This document shows, piece by piece, positions 55,763 to 64,000 of a stretch of DNA of 64,000 bases. A model generated the notes under the pieces. That model was not told the origin of the DNA, ran no database searches, and saw only the letters and a list, made by a program, of their open reading frames with translations. A program made the position numbers and the translations under genes. Position 1 is the stretch's first letter. Every line of letters begins with the position of its first letter. Source of the DNA: a virus; IMG/VR virus record IMGVR_UViG_3300025131_009739, positions 32,001-96,000 of that record. One strand, 5' to 3'.

Positions 55763-57579
55763 TATTTTACAGTACCTCTGATATCTTGATCTGGATATTT
55801 CATTTCAAATATTACATCTTCATGAGCCTGCAAAAGTCTTCCATCTATAGTTGTGTTGTTTTCAATATTGTATCCAAACCCAGAGTACAATCCCCCACTT
55901 TTATTTACTATTTTAACATCTAATGTATCGACAACTCCTGGAACTGAGTTTAAAACTTTAAATAAATTTGTAATACCGATAGATTGGCCGACATCAAATT
56001 CCACGTCCAGTGCAGATTTTAATTGTGATACGGCAATAGACAAAACATCATATTTGTTAATATCTTGACTTCCCAATATTCTAAATTCAACTCCAAAATT
56101 AACAATTTTTGCATCAAGAATATCAATTGTATCATTTATCATCTTATGGCTATTCAGCCAAGTTTTTAAATTTGTTTTCACTATCGTGTTCGTTTGAACC
56201 AAATTATTATTTCTATCTTGAGATACAACGTACATATTTAAATTTCTTTTAAAAGAATCATGATCTTTTACAATAGAACATTTCTTGATTGCGCCATATG
56301 GCGCAGGCATTGAGTAAGCAGCAATTATATAATCTTGTTTTGTGACAGCTCTATTCTGTGCAGAAAAAGAATCTTTAACTCTCTGTCTTAATTCTTCCAA
56401 CTCTGGTAATGTAACTGCGCCCAGCACCCTTTCTTCATTCGTCACCTCCAAACTGTCAATAACTTCAAAAACTGTGTTAGGATTTAATAATGCTCTATCT
56501 TCAAAATTTAGTTCTTTGCTTATTATGGTGTTTAATGAGCCAACCGAAGTATTAACAGTGTCGTTATTATTTGTTCTGTATACAATAGTCAATGTAGTGT
56601 TAGACGGCGCGATGCCGAACTTATCTGTCGCTATTAAATTGCCAGGATCTAGAGTATTATCCGTAACATGGTTTCTACCGTGAACTTTTAATATTAATTC
56701 GCTTGGATCTGCCACAGAATCATTGAATATTTCTGAATCTGAACCATAGCCAAACTGCACATAAGTTCCATCTATTTCATGTTCAACTATAAATCTTCTT
56801 GGCACTGGCACTGGTTTAAGAATATTATCTGCTTGTTCTCGATCACCTCGATTAATAACTGGAACATAAATCATATTTTGAGATAAATAATCAACTTCAA
56901 AGTACGAATGACCTTCTGAATCAAATATAGAAACAATTTCAGTTATATTTGTGTCTGCTAATTTAAGTCTTAAAAATTTCTGAAAATCTCCAACGGGAAC
57001 TAGTTCTTGCTGCAATCTTCCTGAGATTACTTGGCCGTGCGCTTTAATCGCATAATGTGTTGGGGCGCCGGTGGAGGAATTAACTCTTGCCACAACTATT
57101 TCATTTTTGGGGCTGCCAAAATCAACATCCCCGCTCAATGTAAATATTGCTCCGTCCTGTGAAGATAGTTCCGCTCCCCTTTTTAACATTGGCATATATT
57201 TTGTATCGGGGCTAAGACCAACAGAAGTTGCCGGAACCATCAAATAAAAACTTACAATTCCTGTGGCAGAAAAATTTCTTTGAAACTTATAGCCTAAATT
57301 TTTACCATGCCTTATCACATTGTTGTATTCGAGCGACGTGTCAATAAAAGACTCATTTGCCTGATAGTCTAAATAAAATGATAAAATATCTCCAACATAA
57401 GCTACAGTATCAAGCATCAAAGCTCCAAATGAGGCGTCATTAAAATCTTTATAACTATCTGAATAATACCTTTTAGCGTATTCTACTAAATCATTTTTAA
57501 TAGATTGATAATCTCTACTAGTGTACTTAATTGAGGTTAGTTGTCTAGACTTGTCAGATCTTGATATTTTTTTAGCCAT
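55762..57579 (-). CDS. gp6: Baseplate wedge subunit (T4 gp6 / baseplate J-like)
   Basis: YTSRDYQSIKNDL, DFNDASFG..LD..AYVGDILSFYLD, VQFGYG, QNRAVTKQDY. Confidence 0.9.
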   Translation of the reverse strand: MAKKISRSDKSRQLTSIKYTSRDYQSIKNDLVEYAKRYYSDSYKDFNDASFGALMLDTVAYVGDILSFYLDYQANESFIDTSLEYNNVIRHGKNLGYKFQRNFSATGIVSFYLMVPATSVGLSPDTKYMPMLKRGAELSSQDGAIFTLSGDVDFGSPKNEIVVARVNSSTGAPTHYAIKAHGQVISGRLQQELVPVGDFQKFLRLKLADTNITEIVSIFDSEGHSYFEVDYLSQNMIYVPVINRGDREQADNILKPVPVPRRFIVEHEIDGTYVQFGYGSDSEIFNDSVADPSELILKVHGRNHVTDNTLDPGNLIATDKFGIAPSNTTLTIVYRTNNNDTVNTSVGSLNTIISKELNFEDRALLNPNTVFEVIDSLEVTNEERVLGAVTLPELEELRQRVKDSFSAQNRAVTKQDYIIAAYSMPAPYGAIKKCSIVKDHDSFKRNLNMYVVSQDRNNNLVQTNTIVKTNLKTWLNSHKMINDTIDILDAKIVNFGVEFRILGSQDINKYDVLSIAVSQLKSALDVEFDVGQSIGITNLFKVLNSVPGVVDTLDVKIVNKSGGLYSGFGYNIENNTTIDGRLLQAHEDVIFEMKYPDQDIRGTVK

Positions 57580-57609
57580 TTATACCAATCCTTTTAGAAA
57601 TAATTAGTA

Positions 57610-57996
57610 TCAAGTAGCAGATATTTCTAGAAGATCGACAACATTAAGATCTGGCACTCTATATTTTATTTTCATGCTCAAGGTGCCCGGCTCAGCCTCT
57701 ACGTGATCTTCAAAACCAATAAAATTAATTTCAAGAAGTTCTACAAAAGGCATATATATCTCTAATTGTTTTTCAATTCTATCAGAAATACCCCCTCTTA
57801 CGGAAACAGTATCTTGTTCAAATAAATATTTTACTAGGCCAACTCCAAAGTGTGGATCCATCATTCTTTCGCCAGGTATAGTTAATAACAAATGTTTAAA
57901 ATTTTGCTTAACCATTTCTATATAAGTTTTAGTAACTTTATATGCTCCATATTCACTATCTAAAACTAACGGTAATTTTGGTGATAATCCGGCCAT
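57610..57996 (-). CDS. gp25: Baseplate wedge protein (gp25/GPW-like)
   Basis: VKQNFKHLLLTIPGERMMDPHFGVGL..YLFE; SD AGGAG. Confidence 0.92.
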   Translation of the reverse strand: MAGLSPKLPLVLDSEYGAYKVTKTYIEMVKQNFKHLLLTIPGERMMDPHFGVGLVKYLFEQDTVSVRGGISDRIEKQLEIYMPFVELLEINFIGFEDHVEAEPGTLSMKIKYRVPDLNVVDLLEISAT

Positions 57997-58069
57997 TTTG
58001 GACTCCTATTATTATATAGTTTTAGAGATTCTAAATCTAAAAATATTTTTAAATTTATATATCGAATCT

Positions 58070-61000
58070 TTACTCCGATGGTTCCGGAACCGTGAGTGCC
58101 GAAAGCTGATCAGTCAAGTTTTTAAGGTCTGCTTCTGTGGCGCCGGCTTCTTCCATAATCTTTATAATCTCTTCCAGGGGAGTCGGAGAAACTCTATAGT
58201 CTTTACTTGTATCAAAAGCCCATTTGAGCAATTCTATAACACTATTCTGGCTTATCCCAAACAAAGATTTATCATATGGAGTTATCTCAAGAGATTGTTC
58301 AAAATTTAACATATCTCGTATTGATAATATAGCTACAGCTCTTTGAAGCGGGACGACATAACTAAACAAAAGTTTGAAATCATCTTTTTCCTTCATCTGG
58401 CTGAAGAGATCCCCGAATTTATCTTCATCATATTTTATATCATTCCACATCAAGCCATCGTCCGCTTTTACGTTATGCTCCAGTATTGGTAATACAATAA
58501 CTTTATGACCTATTCCTTCGCCCCCAGTTGCCTCCGGTATAAATTCTCCAACTTCTTTCATAAAAAACGATTTTTCACGTTTCATTGCATCGTATGTATC
58601 AACTGCATGTATTTTTAAATTTGTTTGGAAATTAAAAGTCTGCCCGTCAAAGCTCGTGGAGTCGGTCCATGCATCGCCGGCGTCGCGGCCGGGCTGCCAC
58701 ATTGCTTTTAGTGTGTCATTTATAGTGCCCCAGAAACTTTCTCTACCTTGCCTACCGCCGTTTTTTATTGCTGAAAGTGGGTAACGTCTCCAGCTGCTGC
58801 TACTTTTATCTTGAGGAACAACATATGATAAACGCAAACCATAGTCTACATCAGCAAAACCGTTGGGCCCCGTCAAAGGCTTATCTTTCAAGCTTTCCAG
58901 ATCTGGAGGTGTGGCTCCTGGAATCTTTATGATAGTACTATTTTCAGAAGAATCCATGGTAAAAATACCCAACGGTGATGGGGCAGCGGCCATGGGCGTA
59001 TGTGTGTCAGAACTTATAAAGTCTAATGTCGATTCCCATAATCCTTTCTTATAATATTGTAAAGCCCAGTATAGATGCCCACCAAACAAAGCTGTCCAAT
59101 TTTCCCCAATCGTTGCATCTGTATGCAGACCGCCTTCGGTCCAGTTGATATCTTGTTTGTGTTTGGTGTCTTTTTTTGTCCAACGCTGATCCCATGGAAT
59201 TGTATATTTGTCATGGGCGGCGTCCGGGTTCCCGTGGGATCTCTGAAAGTCTCCCAGCTCATACGGATAACAAAGAAGCTTAGCCATGGATCTCAATATT
59301 TCTGTAGGTATGGGATCTTTATATTTAAGGCCGGCTGATGTTCGGAATGGTGCTTGGTTGTGCGTAGTTATGCCTATGGGCTGGCCTACGGGGTTGGCGG
59401 TGAGCCGGTGAGTGCCGAAGAGTTCCCGTTCATCCTCGTGGAGCCAATCAAATTTAGAGATATAGTTACTGGCAAGGTTAGGTATCTTTAAAGACCATTG
59501 CGTCGTGGTTGCGTCTTTCTGTATATAACTGGTATTGTACACCATATAAGCTGGATCGGGGCATTGCGACTCAACGTCGATGTCGAAGGTCTCGGTCCCT
59601 TTGCCACACAGCCCGTCGTACTTCGGATTATTAGATATGCCCCAATTTGTGGCGCCGCTGTTGGGATCGCTTTCTTTGTCGCGCCATCGCAGTTGCATAT
59701 CTACCATTTTTATTAAATCAATAAGTGTTGTAGGTATATGAAGATTCAACCTTGGATCGTTTGGCTGCGGGACCGGGTACATGCCCTTCATCGTTTTACC
59801 ACCCTCTGTCTGGTCGACGGCGTGTTTCCACATTGGCCCGGGCCGGCGAAGCCCGGTGCGGAAGTCCACGGTCTTGTCAAGAAAGCCTTTTCTTTTGACA
59901 AAATCATAAAGATTTCCCTGGGCACGTTTGGGAAATTTACTAAATCCAGCTTTGTCAGTGTCATGAGGATCGAAGTAAAAAGCAGTTAAATCACCAAAGT
60001 GATATCTAGAATAAAATCTAAAAGCAATTGTTTCTAAGTCGCGTTTTTCTTGCGGAGTCAGAAAATCGAAATCGTACATTTTGGCGCCTCCACCTGCAGG
60101 AGAATCGTATTCGACGTTCATGAAATCACCGATTTGGGGCGGCTGTTTGACGGTCTGCGGAATTGGGTCGTTATCGTTACTACTATGTGACATGCCGTAG
60201 GGCTCGTCTTCGAGGCTACGAAGACCCGGAGGGATATTAAATGGCTTTCCGGCGTCGTCTTCGGCGCGCCCGGAGCCACCCTCAACATAGCCCTCAAACT
60301 CCGCAGGAAGTTTAGGGTCCTTCAACTGAAATTCAAGCAATCTTTCCATAAGAGCTATGTGTCTTTGTATTTCAGCAGATCTAGAAACTACCATTTTTTT
60401 AGGATCGTCGGGTTGGAATTCTGCGAGTTCTGCGCTGAGTTCAATATCGTTGTCTTTAAGGAAGTCGGCCATTTGGGCAGCTTTTGAACCATTAGAAACC
60501 AGGTCTCGTGCATCGCGGGTGATGTTTAGAAGTGAATCATATCCTTCTTTATCGCCGTAACATTGCTCGCCGTCATTGTATACTTTATCGGAAAGTTCTT
60601 GTAGTCTTTCGTTAAAGCCCTCCGGGTCAAAAAGCTGAGCCCAATCAAACACCGAGGCCGCCTTATGTTTAGGATTCATGTTCCCAAAATAAGTAAAGAA
60701 ATTACCAATAGCCTCTGTAAACTCTTCTGGATTCAAATAAGCTGGGAATTTTTCGCCGTCTTTAAGCCAGCCGGCTACAGGATTTCCTCGATGTTCAATT
60801 GGCAAATAATTAGCCCATGCATCAAAAAATTGTTTAGATAAATTTTTGTCTTTTATTGTCTCTTTTAAATTACTCTTAAACTTAATTTTTATATATTTTT
60901 CTAAAATAAACCCACTGGCTTCTTGTTCCCCCCTATCATTAAAAAATCTTGGAAGTGCATGTAAATTATTTGTCAAATGATATTTTGCCAGCTGGGCTGC

Positions 61001-64000
61001 GTCTTCGCCGGATGTCTTCGCGACAATTTCGTTCATGGCTAGTTTGACTTCCTGAATTTGTACTTTATGCTCAGCTAACTGCTTGCGCGCGTTTTCTATC
61101 GATATGTCCTTCTCTACACCATAAGCCTCCATCCGTATAACGGCGGTGAGACCTAGGTCTTCTTGGCGCGCCGCTCTGCGCGATTTCGTTGCTTCACCGG
61201 TTACTGGATCGACCACCTTCACATATTCAACATCTTCAGGATTCGCAGCTTCGTATTTGAGGGGAAAATATTCTGCTAAATCATCGTTTGTGCTATATAA
61301 ATTAGAATCTGGATGACATCGAGCTAAGTCATAAACTTTGTCTCTCAAAAATTCTGCCAGATCCGGGATCCTTGGCTCGCCGGAGCCAGCCAATACTCCA
61401 GCTACTTTGTCAGCAACTGTTTTTGATTCATGATCTACTAATGGCATAATAGCTTCGTATATGCTAGGGTCGTCTTTTATCGTGTTCAGATCCGATGCAA
61501 CAATCTTTATTTTATCTCCAAGTTCTTTGCCAATTGAATCCCCAATTAATTTAGAAAGTAATGCTTTCATTGGGCCGCTGCCAAAAGATAATTCTGTGTC
61601 AAAAGCTGCCGAAGTTATAATCGACTTAAACACTCTTTCCATAATTCCTACTCGAACTAAAAGTCTAATTATTGCTGGTCCTTTACTCCAATCTACTTCT
61701 TCAATTACTATTTCGTCCGGAAGATCATCTTCGTTCTTCACTCTTTTTATTATAGGATCTGGAGGATATGATATTAATGTCTTCCCAATTGTAGGAACAG
61801 TACTTAAATCCGATAAATCAGAGTCCGCCATGGAAGCTTTGTGTTTATTCGCAGCATCTTTAGATACATCATTTAAATCGATAAGGCTATCCACTCCGGT
61901 GTTTATGTCCTGTAATGCAGCTGCAACACCCGCAATTACTTTTTCATGCACAGTGTCAAAATCACCCCTTGCTTTATCAGCAATTCCGTATTTCAGTGAT
62001 AATTCAGAAAGATCTCTTAAGATACTTCTAAAAGCAGTTCCATATAAATGTTTTCTGCCTTGTTTGCGTTCTGACAAAATATCTTTTAAAGAGTGCGATA
62101 ATGACTTTCCGGTTGGCGCGCCATGGGCATCGTCTTCGTCTATTATCATAGACGAGTCAAAAGATGGGAGCTTGCCCGCGATATCCCCTTGCCCCGAGAT
62201 TTGTCTCATAACCATCCTTTCAAATAGTTGTGGAGCAATTGGCTCGAGCGTTCGGAATCCGTCCCAGCCGGGCCCAGTTTGCCAATTTTTCTCAAGCACC
62301 TCTTTCGTCTTTGCAAGATAGTAACCTGGAGTTTGTCCATCCGGGCTGTGGTGGCCCATACCATCCCATAATTTTAGCAACTCTGTACTTCTATAATTCA
62401 AAAGATCGCCATTGGGATCGCCTGGTTTAACAACTGTAATCAAGTAATCGTCTGTTATACATTCAGTATCTTTGTCTAAAGGGTTCCATGGTTCGTAGTT
62501 TGCTTTTTGTGTCGGGAATATTTTATATGTAGCTTCATAAACTGGCTCTGGCGGTGGTCCCGGGGGTGGGTCAAGATCTGGGTTACAAAAAATTCTTTTA
62601 GGAGAAGGTTGCGGCGCGGGGATCCACCCAGCCCGTTTTCCAGTCGCTGGGTCGACTATCATTATTTGTTCATCACTTGTTGCTATTTTTGGAGTTAGAG
62701 AATTCCCACCGTGACCCTCTTCCCACTGCCCCCTGTTAACCCACATTGTGTCGGGGAGAATTGGTTCAAGCGTTTCAGGATCTATATACGCCTTTTTCGG
62801 GACCCAGCCGTTCCAATACCCAAGAGTGTCGATGGCCTCCGACCCCGCCCATTCAGCCTCCACTAAAATGATCTCCTTACTTTCAGATTTTGATTCAGTA
62901 AAACCATAAAGATCATAATAACCCCATTTATAAAAACTTAAAGCTCTCATCAAGTGTCCTCCAAAGAAGTTTTTTTCCCACGCCTTTTCCGTGCCGTGCC
63001 ACTCGTTCATGAATTTGCCGTTGCCCTGGTAATATGGAAAGTCATGCCGATTGTCCTTGCCAATATCCCACACAAATACAAGAAGCTGTACTAAGACTGT
63101 TTTTAGATCATTCACAGACCATCTCGTGTCTTTGGGTACCCAGTCAGTGCGCGGGAGGAGATGGGAGGTTGCGGTGAAGACGATTTTTTCGTGCGTTGTG
63201 GTCCTATATCCACCGGGCTGGCTCTGGTCCCGGGTCCTTTCTTCGTGCTTCACCACCTTCGGCTTTGGCGGGGAGGTGTATGTGATATAGTAGCCTTTGT
63301 CAACGAATTCTTGGGCTTTGTTTAATTTTGCTAGCAGTACAGATATATTTGGTGTAGGATTATTATCAAATGTTGTGTCTGGTCCAGGTTCTGTGTATCT
63401 CCATGGCCTGGAACCGCCCATTCTAAAATTATAGTCAATAACCTTGGGCAACCATCCGTGTGGCCCACCTTCAAATGTTAACGGATTATAATAAAATGAA
63501 CTAAAATATTTAGTGTCGGATCTTAAACGAAGATCTTTTTCCTGGGGTTCTTCTCCCAGTATATCATAATCAAGTATATATCTGCTATAAAACCTAAATG
63601 CAATTGTTGCTAAATCATCAAATTCTTGAGGCGTTAAATTATTATATCTTTCGATAAGTCTTTTATGAGGTAAATTAAACCATGATGCTTCTATAATTTG
63701 TCTTTTTTTCCCGGCGCCCGTCCCAAACTTGTTGTATATGCGATATGCACTTCCGCTCTTTCCACTTCCGATATATCCGGCGGCTTCGGCTGCGGCGTTT
63801 GCTGCGTCGTCGCCGGCTTTCTTCATACTTTTGTCGTCTTCGTTAAAAATACCATTATGTTTAAGTTCATAAAATACTTCGCCATCCCAATATTTATATC
63901 GAGCATCAAAGAGATCCTGCACCATGTATGATTGGAGGTCTTCCATTAATTTAATATGTCTTTTGATTTCATCACATTCGCTAGTTGCTCCTCCGCCGCG
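58070..64000 (-). CDS. Very large hypothetical virion protein, 5'-truncated by the window edge
   Basis: The frame of 58070..63946 stays open to 64000 (RGGGATSECDEIKRHIKL-MED); contains an internal domain duplication. Confidence 0.65.
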   Translation of the reverse strand, partial: RGGGATSECDEIKRHIKLMEDLQSYMVQDLFDARYKYWDGEVFYELKHNGIFNEDDKSMKKAGDDAANAAAEAAGYIGSGKSGSAYRIYNKFGTGAGKKRQIIEASWFNLPHKRLIERYNNLTPQEFDDLATIAFRFYSRYILDYDILGEEPQEKDLRLRSDTKYFSSFYYNPLTFEGGPHGWLPKVIDYNFRMGGSRPWRYTEPGPDTTFDNNPTPNISVLLAKLNKAQEFVDKGYYITYTSPPKPKVVKHEERTRDQSQPGGYRTTTHEKIVFTATSHLLPRTDWVPKDTRWSVNDLKTVLVQLLVFVWDIGKDNRHDFPYYQGNGKFMNEWHGTEKAWEKNFFGGHLMRALSFYKWGYYDLYGFTESKSESKEIILVEAEWAGSEAIDTLGYWNGWVPKKAYIDPETLEPILPDTMWVNRGQWEEGHGGNSLTPKIATSDEQIMIVDPATGKRAGWIPAPQPSPKRIFCNPDLDPPPGPPPEPVYEATYKIFPTQKANYEPWNPLDKDTECITDDYLITVVKPGDPNGDLLNYRSTELLKLWDGMGHHSPDGQTPGYYLAKTKEVLEKNWQTGPGWDGFRTLEPIAPQLFERMVMRQISGQGDIAGKLPSFDSSMIIDEDDAHGAPTGKSLSHSLKDILSERKQGRKHLYGTAFRSILRDLSELSLKYGIADKARGDFDTVHEKVIAGVAAALQDINTGVDSLIDLNDVSKDAANKHKASMADSDLSDLSTVPTIGKTLISYPPDPIIKRVKNEDDLPDEIVIEEVDWSKGPAIIRLLVRVGIMERVFKSIITSAAFDTELSFGSGPMKALLSKLIGDSIGKELGDKIKIVASDLNTIKDDPSIYEAIMPLVDHESKTVADKVAGVLAGSGEPRIPDLAEFLRDKVYDLARCHPDSNLYSTNDDLAEYFPLKYEAANPEDVEYVKVVDPVTGEATKSRRAARQEDLGLTAVIRMEAYGVEKDISIENARKQLAEHKVQIQEVKLAMNEIVAKTSGEDAAQLAKYHLTNNLHALPRFFNDRGEQEASGFILEKYIKIKFKSNLKETIKDKNLSKQFFDAWANYLPIEHRGNPVAGWLKDGEKFPAYLNPEEFTEAIGNFFTYFGNMNPKHKAASVFDWAQLFDPEGFNERLQELSDKVYNDGEQCYGDKEGYDSLLNITRDARDLVSNGSKAAQMADFLKDNDIELSAELAEFQPDDPKKMVVSRSAEIQRHIALMERLLEFQLKDPKLPAEFEGYVEGGSGRAEDDAGKPFNIPPGLRSLEDEPYGMSHSSNDNDPIPQTVKQPPQIGDFMNVEYDSPAGGGAKMYDFDFLTPQEKRDLETIAFRFYSRYHFGDLTAFYFDPHDTDKAGFSKFPKRAQGNLYDFVKRKGFLDKTVDFRTGLRRPGPMWKHAVDQTEGGKTMKGMYPVPQPNDPRLNLHIPTTLIDLIKMVDMQLRWRDKESDPNSGATNWGISNNPKYDGLCGKGTETFDIDVESQCPDPAYMVYNTSYIQKDATTTQWSLKIPNLASNYISKFDWLHEDERELFGTHRLTANPVGQPIGITTHNQAPFRTSAGLKYKDPIPTEILRSMAKLLCYPYELGDFQRSHGNPDAAHDKYTIPWDQRWTKKDTKHKQDINWTEGGLHTDATIGENWTALFGGHLYWALQYYKKGLWESTLDFISSDTHTPMAAAPSPLGIFTMDSSENSTIIKIPGATPPDLESLKDKPLTGPNGFADVDYGLRLSYVVPQDKSSSSWRRYPLSAIKNGGRQGRESFWGTINDTLKAMWQPGRDAGDAWTDSTSFDGQTFNFQTNLKIHAVDTYDAMKREKSFFMKEVGEFIPEATGGEGIGHKVIVLPILEHNVKADDGLMWNDIKYDEDKFGDLFSQMKEKDDFKLLFSYVVPLQRAVAILSIRDMLNFEQSLEITPYDKSLFGISQNSVIELLKWAFDTSKDYRVSPTPLEEIIKIMEEAGATEADLKNLTDQLSALTVPEPSE

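Noticed and set aside
1-64000. Plus-strand ORFs in the track (e.g. 22774..23736, 61461..62321, 8030..8482, 10372..10848)
   Set aside because: They are antisense shadows of well-supported minus-strand genes, have Ser/Pro/Phe-rich mirror compositions, and show no recognisable motifs
1-64000. Stop-codon reassignment, as seen in some large phages
   Set aside because: Core genes are full length under code 11, and TAA, TAG and TGA all terminate tightly packed genes
1-64000. tRNA or other structured RNA genes
   Set aside because: Intergenic gaps are short and AT-rich; no cloverleaf or T-loop signature was recognised by eye, though tRNAscan-SE or Infernal would be needed to exclude them

Overview
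This window is a 64-kb segment of a large T4-like (myovirus, probably jumbo) bacteriophage genome, with essentially all genes on the minus strand. In transcription order (right to left) it contains: a very large virion protein that runs off the window edge; gp25- and gp6-like baseplate wedge genes; a 3366-aa LamG-containing baseplate protein and several further baseplate/tail proteins; a small DNA-metabolism island (RuvC-like resolvase, primase, single-chain Mre11-Rad50/gp47-gp46 fusion); a holin plus spanin-like cassette; two repeat-built fibre genes; terminase large subunit; portal; prohead protease; a phage-encoded ribosomal protein bS21; a third fibre gene; scaffold; major capsid protein; neck gp13/gp14; a tail-completion protein; and tail sheath. 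The most notable observations are: (1) strong enrichment of an [S/T]-[G/A/S]-S tripeptide in a subset of outer virion proteins, a candidate virion-wide modification sequon; (2) shared N-terminal (LKxIIKEE) and C-terminal (WKx[LM]AGI) motifs in small proteins and the scaffold, a candidate capsid-targeting system; (3) a recurring ACTANWTA motif upstream of structural genes, triplicated at one site; (4) bS21 alongside strong Shine-Dalgarno sequences; (5) a gene split by an A10 run directly after its ATG; (6) an unannotated 23-aa ORF before the protease. All family calls come from visual motif recognition and gene order; no searches were run, and motif counts are approximate hand counts.
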